NCBI GenBank assembly: GCA_002862745.1
Contig: PKDX01000049.1
Span: forward strand, 36,810-100,809
DNA from: Bacteroidota bacterium
Lineage (GTDB): Bacteria; Bacteroidota; Bacteroidia; Chitinophagales; UBA8649
DNA length: 64,000 nucleotides
Reading direction: 5' to 3'
In this document: one piece after another, positions 29,938 through 39,769 of the stretch
Layout of the letters: every line of letters begins with the position of its first letter
Position numbering within the stretch: position 1 is the stretch's first letter
Made by a program: the position numbers and the translations under genes
Notes under the pieces: generated by a model
The model's database searches: none
What the model was told of the DNA's origin: nothing
What the model saw: only the letters and a program-made list of their open reading frames with translations

Positions 29938-30156
29938 CTACTCTAAGCTTAGCTTGGCGTAAAGCTCTTCCTTATTAGCATATAAAAATGCCGATAGATT
30001 ACCAGGCATTACCAATAAGATTCTACCATCATTGAAAACATAAGGTGTATACTCCAACTTGGCATTGTTTATGAGTTGCTGTAAATGATGATCAACGACT
30101 CCTTGATATTTCTTTATTCCAGGTTCGATATGATGGGGAGCAATTAGCTGAGGCAT
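29938..30156 (-). CDS. hypothetical small protein
   Basis: 72-aa ORF with balanced, protein-like composition, filling the gap between two plus-strand genes. No motif recognised, and it may be non-coding. Confidence 0.3.
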   Translation of the reverse strand: MPQLIAPHHIEPGIKKYQGVVDHHLQQLINNAKLEYTPYVFNDGRILLVMPGNLSAFLYANKEELYAKLSLE

Positions 30157-30245
30157 CCTTAAATGTAAAACATGAAATCAATATGTATCTTCATTTGAGT
30201 GGTTTTTCGATCAAGACAAATCACACCATAACAAAATCAACTGCC

Positions 30246-30683
30246 ATGCATTCACCCTATTTCAAAATGTTACCCTTTATGTTGATGGGGTTAATGATTC
30301 TAATGAGTTGCCGAAAAAGCTCCTATCAAGAAGCAATGAGCCAATTCGATCAAGAAGGTTATGAGCTGAATAAGGAGCGACAGGGTGGGCTTCTCATTAT
30401 CAAGAAGGACCAAGTAAGCCAAAAAGGGCAGGCCACCGGGGAAACAGAGTACTACGTCAGAGCATCAAGTCAAGATTACTTGATCAAATTTTGCGAAAGT
30501 TACTGTACTAGAAGGCAGTTTGAGTCCATGTTATCTTGTGACCTTTCTGTGGATGATATGATGCACTTATGCTCTTGGAAAGGATCGTATCGTGTAAAAC
30601 AGGGGGCATTAGATCATTGTGAAGTCGCCGATTCACTATCCGCAAGCAGAATTGGATATTATGCTGTGCTTATTCAAGACTAA
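30246..30683 (+). CDS. hypothetical Cys-rich lipoprotein
   Basis: Lipobox-like signal MHSPYFKMLPFMLMGLMILMSC (start moved from 30183 to the ATG at 30246). The mature part has 6 further cysteines (FCESYC, SC, LC, HC). No family recognised. Confidence 0.45.
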   Translation: MHSPYFKMLPFMLMGLMILMSCRKSSYQEAMSQFDQEGYELNKERQGGLLIIKKDQVSQKGQATGETEYYVRASSQDYLIKFCESYCTRRQFESMLSCDLSVDDMMHLCSWKGSYRVKQGALDHCEVADSLSASRIGYYAVLIQD

Positions 30684-30868
30684 ACCAACGCGATCTGCCT
30701 TATGCATTAAGAACACCAGCTGGCATGCGTACGGCCAAATCGATTATGATAAACTCAATCCTAGCGACAAACCGTAGATTCTAAAACAAAACCGTTCAAT
30801 AGTATCTTATGATTAACATTTAATCAGTGAATCAAACCAATTTGAATTAATCAGAGAAACTTCGCAGG

Positions 30869-32404
30869 ATGCTAGTGAAACTTTGGTCATCTGCCCTGCA
30901 TGGAATTGAAGCAAAACCCATTCGAATTGAAGTAGCCATTCATCAAGGAATAGGATACCACATGGTAGGCCTTCCCGACAACGCGATTCGAGAATCTTGG
31001 CATCGAATAGAAACCGCACTAAAAACGCTGGGTTACTCCATGCCGAGGCAGAAGATCATTGTTAATCTTGCGCCAGCAGATCTTAGGAAAGAAGGAAGCT
31101 CCTTTGACCTATGTATTGCCCTAGGCATATTGGGTGCATCAGGACAAATCGATATTGAACGCTTTACGCAATACTTGATTTTAGGGGAGCTCTCCTTAGA
31201 CGGTATGGTGAAGCATGTTCAGGGAATTCTAGCAATGAGTAAAGTCGCTTTTGATCTTAAGTTGAAGGGTCTTATTCTACCTGAAAAGAATCGATTGCAA
31301 GGCCAGTGGATTAATTCAATGCCCATGATATTTATTGCTTCTCTTGCAGAACTTCTATCTCAAAACAACGCAAAAGAAGAGTGCTTTGAGTCCCCTTCAA
31401 GAAAAGAATACTCAAGTATAGCAAGTACAGACATTCCGGATTTCAAAGATGTTTATGGGCAAACTATTCCTAAACGGGCTATGCAAATTGCAGCAGCTGG
31501 TGGTCATAATTTACTGCTCATCGGTCCACCTGGTGCAGGAAAGACCATGTTAAGTCGATGTTTACCAAGTATCCTGCCCACACTATCCTATGAAGAATTC
31601 ATTGAAACGCTCTCCATTCATGAAGTTGCAGGTCAAAACATTGATAATATATTAACAGGATTACGGCCCTTTAGAGACCCGCATCATACCACATCAGACG
31701 TGGCCTTGGTCGGAGGTGGGAGATTCCCGCAGCCCGGTGAAATTTCACTAGCTCATAATGGCGTGCTTTTTCTTGATGAGATGTACGAGTTTAAACGATC
31801 GACCTTAGAGGTACTTCGACAACCCATTGAATCCCATAAGATTACCATAAGTAGATCCAATGGAAAAGTTGAGTTTCCTGCGCGATTTATGTTGATTGCC
31901 AGTGTGAATCCTTGCCCTTGTGGCTATCTTAATCATCCTGCTATACAATGCACATGTTCTTCCCGGAAAATTGCACAATATCAATCGAAGATTAGTGGTC
32001 CACTGTTGGAACGAATCGATCTACAAATTGGAGTTGAACCCATTGATGCCAAAACACTCTTAGAAGTAGACAGTACAACGAAATTGGATAATCAATCTTC
32101 TGAAGTGCTCAGAGAAGGCGTCTTACAAGCTCGACAAAGACAAATGGATCGATTCAATGCAACAGGACTGAACGAGCAAATCATGCTGAATTCAATGATG
32201 TCTAGTGCTCAGATAAAAGCGCTTGTAAAGCTAGATGATCCAGGCAGAAAATTACTTCAACACACCATTGATAAACTCAATCTATCAGCTCGCCTTGTAC
32301 ATCGCACAATAAAAGTAGCCCGCACCATTGCTGATCTTGAGGGGTGTGACGAGGTCGGTGTAAATCATCTGTCTGAAGCTTTACAACTTCGCCGTGCGGT
32401 CTGA
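30869..32404 (+). CDS. comM: YifB/ComM family Mg-chelatase-like AAA+ ATPase
   Basis: N-terminal Lon-protease-like domain (GLPDNAIRESWHRI), Walker A GPPGAGKT, Walker B VLFLDE, and a Cys cluster CPCGYLNHPAIQCTC. 511 aa. Confidence 0.9.
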   Translation: MLVKLWSSALHGIEAKPIRIEVAIHQGIGYHMVGLPDNAIRESWHRIETALKTLGYSMPRQKIIVNLAPADLRKEGSSFDLCIALGILGASGQIDIERFTQYLILGELSLDGMVKHVQGILAMSKVAFDLKLKGLILPEKNRLQGQWINSMPMIFIASLAELLSQNNAKEECFESPSRKEYSSIASTDIPDFKDVYGQTIPKRAMQIAAAGGHNLLLIGPPGAGKTMLSRCLPSILPTLSYEEFIETLSIHEVAGQNIDNILTGLRPFRDPHHTTSDVALVGGGRFPQPGEISLAHNGVLFLDEMYEFKRSTLEVLRQPIESHKITISRSNGKVEFPARFMLIASVNPCPCGYLNHPAIQCTCSSRKIAQYQSKISGPLLERIDLQIGVEPIDAKTLLEVDSTTKLDNQSSEVLREGVLQARQRQMDRFNATGLNEQIMLNSMMSSAQIKALVKLDDPGRKLLQHTIDKLNLSARLVHRTIKVARTIADLEGCDEVGVNHLSEALQLRRAV

Positions 32405-32542
32405 TGCTGCGCTTTCCTTGAGTCTTTTACGGCGATGATAGACATAGACGCCTAGAGCCAAGATTATTGATAATCCTGCAAAAAAGATAACATAGAAAAC
32501 GTTTCATGTACTTACTTCCCTCCAAAGCTAATCCATTAGTCG

Positions 32543-33052
32543 CTATACAGCATTTCCTCGACCCCTGCGCCCTAACTCTGCAACTTGGAGATGGTCGAGT
32601 ATGCCATCATTAATCTCAAAGAGCAAAAGCGTTCTTATGGCATGAAAACCATGATGTCCGATAGCCCCAGGATTCATCATAAGGTGATTGTATTTAGGAT
32701 CGCGCATTACCTTACAGATATGGGAATGGCCACAGATAAAGATATCACAAGGTGTCTGAGTAAAGATATCACGCACTCTTGAGGCATAACGGCCTGGATA
32801 TCCGCCTATATGGGTCATAAAGATTCGAAGTCCTTGAATTTCAAAATGAAGATCCAGTGGATATTCCGCGCGAAACGTATGATCATCAATATTACCGTAG
32901 ACCACTCTAAGCGAAGCAATAGTTTGTAACTCATCGATGACATTCCATGATCCGATGTCCCCAGCATGCCATATTTCATCCACGCCTTCGATGGCCGTTA
33001 AAATAGCTTGATCTATATGGCTATGGCTATCACTGAGTAATGCGATCTTCAT
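32543..33052 (-). CDS. YfcE/MJ0936-type metallophosphoesterase
   Basis: MKIALLSDSHSH, HAGDIGS, GNID, GHSH, GHHG metallophosphatase motifs. Start set to the ATG at 33052. Confidence 0.75.
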   Translation of the reverse strand: MKIALLSDSHSHIDQAILTAIEGVDEIWHAGDIGSWNVIDELQTIASLRVVYGNIDDHTFRAEYPLDLHFEIQGLRIFMTHIGGYPGRYASRVRDIFTQTPCDIFICGHSHICKVMRDPKYNHLMMNPGAIGHHGFHAIRTLLLFEINDGILDHLQVAELGRRGRGNAV

Positions 33053-34301
33053 ATCGTCCTTCACGTTCTAATCGGCGTATGAGTTGGTGATACCCAATTA
33101 CACCCAAAACATAAATTGATGCAGTAGCAAGTATAATAAATACATAGTCTATGCCGTAATCTCGTAGCTTGCCGAAAATCAAGGAGGAAAAAAACCATGA
33201 ACCACTCCATATTGCGCTTTGAACGGAAGCGACTAATTCCCTATTTCGTTCGCCAACATAATACATACTCACCTCTGTTGTCAAGGGTCCAGCGCAATTC
33301 ATCAAAGGTTGTCGAATCATAAAAGCCCCTAATGCAATGGGTAAGGCCCACGGCATTTCTGCATAAAACTGAGTCGTTCCCAACACGATTAAAATCAGCA
33401 CTCCTACACTCTGAAGACCTGTAATTCCCGTTACATAGCCCAGATACTTTTTTATGGTAGGAATAAAGGTGGCAGTAATCATGACAAGTACGTGCGATAG
33501 CGCACCAAAAAGGGCAAAATAAGCATCCCCCAATCCATGAACCTTGGCAAAAAACATATTAATAAATGGAATCGTAAGCCCTGCACCAACTGCAATCATT
33601 AGTGTTGGAAGAATAGCCCACGTTATTCGGCGAATATCTTCACGCTGAACCGACGACAAACTGTTTTGGCCTGCAGACCGCTTTTTTTGGACATTTAACT
33701 CGTGCTTAGGGAGACGCATCAAAAAGACAAATCCTAGGAAGCTAATGAAATTAAAGGTGAGCAAGACATTCTTGAGATCAAGTTGCAAACCTCCAGACCG
33801 AAGGAAAAATACCAAAATACCTACCGTCAATGTGGCTAAACTAAAGGTCTGAAAGTAAAGGGTAATACTTGCCGTATGGTTTTCATTCTTTGCGGTTTTC
33901 AGAATGTAGGGCATGCCTGGCACATGGAAAAGTAAAAAACTCATCCCCCAACACATAAAGCACGCCCGCTGAATCAATTCAGAAGAGGTATCAAGAGAGA
34001 GAATCAATAGCAAACCAAAGATTGGCGTTAACAGAGCGCCTACTTGCATTACCGGCCGCAAACGCTTCCCTCGGATATACATTCCAAAGGGAAGCGCAAA
34101 CAAAATGACCCCGAAATATCTCGTACTATGTAGGCTTGCAATTTGAGCATCTTCATAACCAAGATCCATCAAATAATAATTGAGTAACAGGAAGAGCGCA
34201 ACATTTCCAAATTGAAGAAAAAGATCCCCTAAAACGAGCATACGGATCGAAGATTCTACACGGAGAAAGGGCTGAATAACCTCCCTTAAAAACCTAATCA
34301 T
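33030..34301 (-). CDS. MFS transporter
   Basis: 423 aa, about 12 TM helices in a 6+6 arrangement with a central basic loop. 8-nt overlap with miaA. Confidence 0.6.
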   Translation of the reverse strand: MIRFLREVIQPFLRVESSIRMLVLGDLFLQFGNVALFLLLNYYLMDLGYEDAQIASLHSTRYFGVILFALPFGMYIRGKRLRPVMQVGALLTPIFGLLLILSLDTSSELIQRACFMCWGMSFLLFHVPGMPYILKTAKNENHTASITLYFQTFSLATLTVGILVFFLRSGGLQLDLKNVLLTFNFISFLGFVFLMRLPKHELNVQKKRSAGQNSLSSVQREDIRRITWAILPTLMIAVGAGLTIPFINMFFAKVHGLGDAYFALFGALSHVLVMITATFIPTIKKYLGYVTGITGLQSVGVLILIVLGTTQFYAEMPWALPIALGAFMIRQPLMNCAGPLTTEVSMYYVGERNRELVASVQSAIWSGSWFFSSLIFGKLRDYGIDYVFIILATASIYVLGVIGYHQLIRRLEREGRYEDRITQ

Positions 34302-35211
34302 TCGGCCCCATTCTGTGACTTTCTAAAACCTTGGACAACCATTGACTACTTGTTTCAGGTGTAACCCATTGGCAGTCTGTTTGGTTGCGAAACCAGGTAA
34401 GTTGGCGCTTAGCGTATCGTCTTGAATTTCTTTTGATGAGTCGAATGACTTCTTCTTTGGAGCGATTACCAGAGAAAAATGGCAGCCATTCTTGATAACC
34501 AATCGTATCGCCAAGCTTTTGAGCATTCTTATTTCTGAGTTTAGATACCTCATCCTCAAGGCCCTCTTGAATCATACAATCAACTCGCTCATCTATCCTT
34601 GCATACAATACCTCCCGTGGCCAATCTAAGGCAACCATATTCCAAGTGAAAGAGCGTTTTTTGGGGACAAACTCATCCTGCCATGCTTTCAGTGAGCGAC
34701 CACTTGACTCCATGACCTCCAAGGCTCGAAGAATACGCCTAGGATTTTGCATATCAATGTGTCTTATGATGTTAGGATCTCTATCCTCCAACGCCTTTTG
34801 TAATGATTCAAGGCCCTCATTGACTTCAATTTTTCGCCACTTTTCGCGGATTGCTTCAGGAACAGGAGGCATGGGACTTAGTCCGTAAAGCACTGCTTGA
34901 ATATACAGTCCAGATCCGCCAACCATCACCGCATGATCTGAAGTCTTAAAGATGGCATCTAACTGAACTAAGGCATCACGCTCATAATCTGCGACGTCAT
35001 AGTCTTCATTTAGATTGAGTGAGTTGATAAAATGATGCTTAACATTAGAAAGCTCCTCCTCGATTGGCTTGGCCGTTCCAATATCCATACCTCGATAGAA
35101 TTGGCGCGCATCGGCAGATAAGACGTCAGTCTCTAAACCTAGCGCGAGGTCTATTCCAAGAGAAGTCTTGCCGGAAGCAGTAGGCCCACCAATAATCCAT
35201 AGCGTTTTCAT
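34294..35211 (-). CDS. miaA: tRNA dimethylallyltransferase
   Basis: P-loop IIGGPTASGKTSL, DIGTAKP, VGGSGLY. 305 aa. Confidence 0.9.
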   Translation of the reverse strand: MKTLWIIGGPTASGKTSLGIDLALGLETDVLSADARQFYRGMDIGTAKPIEEELSNVKHHFINSLNLNEDYDVADYERDALVQLDAIFKTSDHAVMVGGSGLYIQAVLYGLSPMPPVPEAIREKWRKIEVNEGLESLQKALEDRDPNIIRHIDMQNPRRILRALEVMESSGRSLKAWQDEFVPKKRSFTWNMVALDWPREVLYARIDERVDCMIQEGLEDEVSKLRNKNAQKLGDTIGYQEWLPFFSGNRSKEEVIRLIKRNSRRYAKRQLTWFRNQTDCQWVTPETSSQWLSKVLESHRMGPND

Positions 35212-36638
35212 TGGACTGGCGTTAAACCATGATCTGCACCCAGTTTAATCATAAGGGCTTTCGCCTCTTCCACATCGTTTTCAATATCTCCTTCAAGAAT
35301 AGCCTCCTTAATCTGGCTTTTAATATCACCAATAGCCCGACAAGGACCAATACCAAACGTTTCCATGATCATTTCACCAGTTACTGGCGGTTGGAAATTA
35401 CGCACTTGATCCTTAGCCTCAATATCGATACACTTTTGACGGACGAGGGTAAAATTCGCCATATATCGCTTTACGCGTGCCTTGTTTTTTGATGTGATAT
35501 CCGCTTCACAGAGTGTAAAGAGACTCTCTAAATCTTCTCCTGCATCAAACAACAGTCTACGAATCGCACTATCTGAAATTTCATTTCTACTTAAAGGAAT
35601 TGGCCTTAGGTGAAGTCGAACCATTTTCTCGACAAACTTTCGCTCTTCACCCAACGGAAGCTTAAAACGTTTAAAAATAGGCTTAACCATACGCTCACCT
35701 AAAACCTCATGGCCATGAAAGGTCCAACCTGCTTTGGCATCAAAGCGCTTTGTCTTTGGCTTCGCAATATCGTGGAGAATAGCCGACCAACGCAAGAATA
35801 AATCATCACTAGTCTGACAAACATTATCCAAGACTTGCAGGGTATGCAAAAAATTGTCCTTATGGGCCTTCCCATCACGCGTTTCCACGCCACAAAGGGT
35901 GACCATTTCAGGGAAGAAGCTTTCTAATAATCCTGTACTAAGTAGGAGTTTAAAGCCAACCGATGGCTTGGAGCTCAAAATGATTTTATTGACCTCCGTA
36001 GTGATTCGCTCTTGAGAGATGATCTCTAGTCTATGGACATTGCGCTGAATGGCCTCCAAGACTTCTGGGCGAATAAAAAAGTTTAACTGGGTAGCAAATC
36101 GAATGGCTCGAAGCATTCGCAATGGATCATCACTGAATGTTTGATCAGCATCCATTGGTGTTCGAATAACCTGTTGGGCAAGATCCTGTCTCCCATTAAA
36201 CGGATCGACAAATTCCCCATAACGCTCCTTGTTTAAACAAATGGCCATAGCATTAATGGTAAAATCTCTTCGCCACTGATCATCTTCAAGACTGCCATCT
36301 TCTACTATTGGCTTGCGTGAATCCTTTTTATATGATTCCTTTCGAGCGCCTACAAATTCAAAATCGCCTCCTTGCCAAGCAAAATGTGCCGTACCAAATC
36401 GACTAAAAAACTGTACCGACAAGTCCTTGGAGATAAGGGATGCCGTGCGCTTAGCCCATTCAATACCAGAACCCACGCACACAAAATCAATATCGAAGTT
36501 TGTCCGCCTTCGGCCAAGGCATTGATCGCGGACATATCCCCCAACGACGTATGCCTCGATCCCTAATTGGTCAGCTGCCTCGCCAGCAATAGCAAAAATT
36601 GGATGATCCAGCATGTTGGACGATAATTTTCCCGACAT
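35208..36638 (-). CDS. CCA-adding tRNA nucleotidyltransferase with HD domain
   Basis: Pol-beta-type head GGYVRD...DIDF, RDFTINA, and HD domain LHDIAKP. 476 aa. 4-nt overlap with miaA. Confidence 0.8.
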   Translation of the reverse strand: MSGKLSSNMLDHPIFAIAGEAADQLGIEAYVVGGYVRDQCLGRRRTNFDIDFVCVGSGIEWAKRTASLISKDLSVQFFSRFGTAHFAWQGGDFEFVGARKESYKKDSRKPIVEDGSLEDDQWRRDFTINAMAICLNKERYGEFVDPFNGRQDLAQQVIRTPMDADQTFSDDPLRMLRAIRFATQLNFFIRPEVLEAIQRNVHRLEIISQERITTEVNKIILSSKPSVGFKLLLSTGLLESFFPEMVTLCGVETRDGKAHKDNFLHTLQVLDNVCQTSDDLFLRWSAILHDIAKPKTKRFDAKAGWTFHGHEVLGERMVKPIFKRFKLPLGEERKFVEKMVRLHLRPIPLSRNEISDSAIRRLLFDAGEDLESLFTLCEADITSKNKARVKRYMANFTLVRQKCIDIEAKDQVRNFQPPVTGEMIMETFGIGPCRAIGDIKSQIKEAILEGDIENDVEEAKALMIKLGADHGLTPVQ

Positions 36639-36678
36639 ATCGCGAAGATAAGAAGCTCTTAGCGCTTGAATTGTGTGT

Positions 36679-37488
36679 TTACAAAAGACTTATTCGAACA
36701 AGATAACCGCTATGATTTCTCAAATTGATCACTCGGTAGTTGTCCAACAAAAGATATTGAGCCTTTATTCCTGTTAAGGTTCCACTGAGTAAAGGAGCCT
36801 TGTCCAACTTAGTACTCTGAACCTTTGTCGGAAAATCCAGCATTGGGAAATTGAGGGGAACCCTGTCCTCGTGTACAAGATATTGCTGGAATTCAGAGGG
36901 TAAAACAGAATGTGCTTGATCTCGAAATGGCAGTATGTCTATGGCCTCATGCCTCTCTTTTAGCATCGCCTGCCAACTTGTTTTATCCTTAAAATGAGCT
37001 TTAAGAGCAACTTCAATTTGTCCCGCCAATTGACGGTATGGAGTTCGAGCAATGACACAAGCTTGAATCGCTCCTTGGTCAATCCAACGAGTAGGAATTT
37101 GATCATTACGCGTAACACCCACTTTTATTCCACTTGTCTGCGATAAATACACAATATGTGGCTTGACGTGATGCATAGCTTCCCATTCTGGATCTCTTCC
37201 ACCCCCTAAATGGCCTTGACAACGTTCAGGATGAATAATGCATTCGCTGTTTTCTGGTGCATCTCGAAAACATGGATAGCAAAATCCTTGAGAGAAAGAT
37301 TTATTGGTTTTACGACCGCAGACCACGCAGTGAATTTTACCTAGAAAAGCAATCTCTATGGAATGGCCGAGGTAGCCATTGAGGGGATGAAGTTGTGTTT
37401 CGGATTCATTGCTTAATCTAAGATTGTATTGAACCTCACTCCTCTTGACCGTGGTGACCATTTTTCTAAGATTCCCTTCAATTACCAT
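36679..37488 (-). CDS. DUF2797-like protein with zinc-ribbon motif
   Basis: 269 aa with CVVCGRKTNKSFSQGFCYPCF (CxxC...CxxC). The DUF2797 assignment is from memory of this size and motif class. Confidence 0.45.
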   Translation of the reverse strand: MVIEGNLRKMVTTVKRSEVQYNLRLSNESETQLHPLNGYLGHSIEIAFLGKIHCVVCGRKTNKSFSQGFCYPCFRDAPENSECIIHPERCQGHLGGGRDPEWEAMHHVKPHIVYLSQTSGIKVGVTRNDQIPTRWIDQGAIQACVIARTPYRQLAGQIEVALKAHFKDKTSWQAMLKERHEAIDILPFRDQAHSVLPSEFQQYLVHEDRVPLNFPMLDFPTKVQSTKLDKAPLLSGTLTGIKAQYLLLDNYRVINLRNHSGYLVRISLL

Positions 37489-37503
37489 ACAATGAAAGTA
37501 GCT

Positions 37504-37519
37504 ATTATCTCGAGATAAT
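37504..37519. promoter_or_regulatory. perfect 16-bp palindrome ATTATCTCGAGATAAT between engB and the DUF2797 gene
   Basis: Read directly. The sequence is self-complementary over 16 bp and ends 16 nt upstream of the DUF2797 ATG (37488). It is not followed by a T-tract on the minus strand. Confidence 0.3.
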
Positions 37520-37622
37520 GAATAGAATTATACATAAACTAGCCAAAAAAAGAGATCGTACAAATTAGATATTTACGTATCTTTTTAGCTATATACGGAT
37601 CAAATACACACTTTGGGAATGA

Positions 37623-38246
37623 TTAAGTCGCTTGATCTTGGAGATAAGCGAACTCATTATTGTTTTGTTCGATAAAGGTCAGAATAGGCTCCTTTCCGAG
37701 TCCATTTCTTGCACAAGTCACAAAGCGGGGAGGCATGGCTTTCCACGATTCCATCATCTTTGCCTCAAAGGCGTCTCGTGTGGATTGAGACTTTGGGGGC
37801 TTGTCATTTTTTGTAAAGATGATCACGAAAGGAATCTTACTAATTCCTAGCCAAGTGATAAACTCCATATCAATTGCTTGAGGAGGAATACGTCCGTCAA
37901 TCAGTAAAAAAAGATAAAGAAGCTGTTTCCTACGCAATATGTAATCCTGAATCATTCGCTGCCATTTTTGGCGTTGCGCTTTGGAAATTTTTGCATATCC
38001 ATATCCTGGAAGATCAACGATATACCACGATCGATCAATGAGGAAATAATTGAGTTTTTGAGTTTTTCCTGGCTGTCCAGACGTTTTAGCCAAGTTTTTA
38101 CGCCCTGTAAGCATATTGATTAGGGAGGATTTCCCGACATTTGATCTGCCGATAAAGGCGTACTCAGGCAATGAGCTGTTAGGACATAAATCCACGCGAG
38201 GATAGCTCGCAACATATTCGGATTGTGTGATGTTCATGCTGTACAA
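37623..38246 (-). CDS. engB: ribosome-biogenesis GTPase YihA/EngB
   Basis: G1 GRSNVGKSSLIN, G3 DLPGYG, G4 TKNDK. 207 aa. Confidence 0.85.
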   Translation of the reverse strand: MYSMNITQSEYVASYPRVDLCPNSSLPEYAFIGRSNVGKSSLINMLTGRKNLAKTSGQPGKTQKLNYFLIDRSWYIVDLPGYGYAKISKAQRQKWQRMIQDYILRRKQLLYLFLLIDGRIPPQAIDMEFITWLGISKIPFVIIFTKNDKPPKSQSTRDAFEAKMMESWKAMPPRFVTCARNGLGKEPILTFIEQNNNEFAYLQDQAT

Positions 38247-38269
38247 AGATATAAACCAAATAGAAGGCG

Positions 38270-39010
38270 TTGGCAGAACACATTAAACCCTACGATTCAT
38301 CAAGCAATAATAAGAAGGCACAAGTCGAAGACATGTTCGACAATATTGCCCATCGCTATGACTTTTTAAACCATCTTTTGTCCCTAGGCATTGACCGGAG
38401 TTGGCGCAGAAAAGCCATACGCTGGCTAAATCAACAGCATTCCATTGAGGGTCAACAAGTCATGGATATGGCCACTGGTACCGGTGATTTTGCCATCGAC
38501 CTAGCGAAAAGAACAGAAAATGTAGCTATTGTAGCGCTTGACCTCTCCGAACAAATGCTGAGCAAGGGTCGACAGAAGTCAAGTAAATATGGTCTAGATG
38601 ATCGCATCACTTGGGTTAAGGGTGATGCCGAAGCCCTCCCCTACGAGGACAATACATATTCAGCGATGACCGTCGGCTTTGGCGTGCGCAATTTTGGAGA
38701 TATTCGACAGGGCTTACGCGAAATGCATCGAATCTTAAAGCCCGGTGCTCCGCTTATTGTCCTTGAAGTTAGTCAGCCAAAGAAGTTTCCCATGCGTCAG
38801 GTCTTTGGCGTATACTTTCGGGGTATTCTCCCCTTTGTGGGTCGAGTATTCAGCAAAGATCATAGAGCCTACACCTACCTTCCAGAATCGGTGAAAGCTT
38901 TCCCTGAGGGTGAAGATTTTATAGCCTTACTTCATGAGGCAGGTTTTCACAATGGAAATCATCGTGCACTGACGGCAGGAATCTGTGCTATGTACACTTG
39001 TACTAAGTAA
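38270..39010 (+). CDS. ubiE: demethylmenaquinone / ubiquinone-menaquinone C-methyltransferase
   Basis: MFDNIAHRYDFLNHLLSLGIDRSWRRKA, SAM motif VMDMATGTGD, and LKPGAPLIVLE. The TTG start keeps the conserved N-terminal KPY segment. Confidence 0.85.
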   Translation: MAEHIKPYDSSSNNKKAQVEDMFDNIAHRYDFLNHLLSLGIDRSWRRKAIRWLNQQHSIEGQQVMDMATGTGDFAIDLAKRTENVAIVALDLSEQMLSKGRQKSSKYGLDDRITWVKGDAEALPYEDNTYSAMTVGFGVRNFGDIRQGLREMHRILKPGAPLIVLEVSQPKKFPMRQVFGVYFRGILPFVGRVFSKDHRAYTYLPESVKAFPEGEDFIALLHEAGFHNGNHRALTAGICAMYTCTK

Positions 39011-39061
39011 TTTATTGCACAATCCCTCAATTTTTTGGGTTAGGATACGTTCCTAAGTAAG

Positions 39062-39769
39062 ATGTATCTTCAAAACATGATCAAGCAAAAATCATCTTGG
39101 CTCTTTATGCTCCTTTTCCTCTTTGCAGCGGAGCAAGGCCATGCCCAACTGAACTACCTCGAAAAGGGGAATAAGCTGATCTATTTTGGGATTCATCTTG
39201 GCTTTAATCAAGGAGCGATGAAGCCCTTACGCAACGTAAGCCCAGGAAGCACAGACTCTGTAACTTTTGTGAATTCCACCTTTGGTCCTGGATTTAACAT
39301 CGGTATCATAGGTAACTATCAATTTCATAAATACTTTGATCTCCGATTGATTCCAACCCTATCTTTTTCGGATCGAAACTTGATTTTTCGAGACGTAAAC
39401 AACGTAGAAGTACCGAAAACTCTCTCGTCGATTTATCTGTCTTTCCCCTTAATGTTTCGCTATAAGTCAAAGCCCATCAAAGACTTTAGGATGTTTGTAT
39501 TGGGTGGGATTCGCTATGACTTCGACCTAAGTGCGAAATCCAGTCGTCGAAATGCCGATGATCAAATTCTACTACAAACGCATGATGTGAGCTTTGAAAC
39601 CGGCTTTGGATTTCAATTTTATCTGCCCTACGTCATTCTTAGTCCTGAATTTAAAGTCAGTCACGGTTTAATCAATCGAAAATTCCCTAATGAGAACTTG
39701 ATTTATTCAAGAGCCATTGATAAGCTCTTTTCAAGGATGTTTACCATCTCATTAAACTTGGAAGGGTAA
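39062..39769 (+). CDS. outer-membrane beta-barrel protein, PorT-like
   Basis: Signal peptide ending GHAQ, alternating-hydrophobic beta-strand pattern, and terminal aromatic-rich strand FTISLNLEG. Position just after ubiE matches my recollection of PorT-family genes in Bacteroidota. Confidence 0.45.
   Translation: MYLQNMIKQKSSWLFMLLFLFAAEQGHAQLNYLEKGNKLIYFGIHLGFNQGAMKPLRNVSPGSTDSVTFVNSTFGPGFNIGIIGNYQFHKYFDLRLIPTLSFSDRNLIFRDVNNVEVPKTLSSIYLSFPLMFRYKSKPIKDFRMFVLGGIRYDFDLSAKSSRRNADDQILLQTHDVSFETGFGFQFYLPYVILSPEFKVSHGLINRKFPNENLIYSRAIDKLFSRMFTISLNLEG

Noticed and set aside
32405-32542. Minus-strand frame reading VFYVIFFAGLSIILALGVYVYHRRKRLKES, which looks like a TM helix plus basic anchor, in the comM/phosphoesterase convergent spacer
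   Set aside because: That frame is closed by a TGA immediately upstream and has no ATG/GTG/TTG start. The only ATG (MKRFLCYLFCRIINNLGSRRLCLSSP) is in a different frame. Invoking a programmed frameshift would be unsupported speculation.
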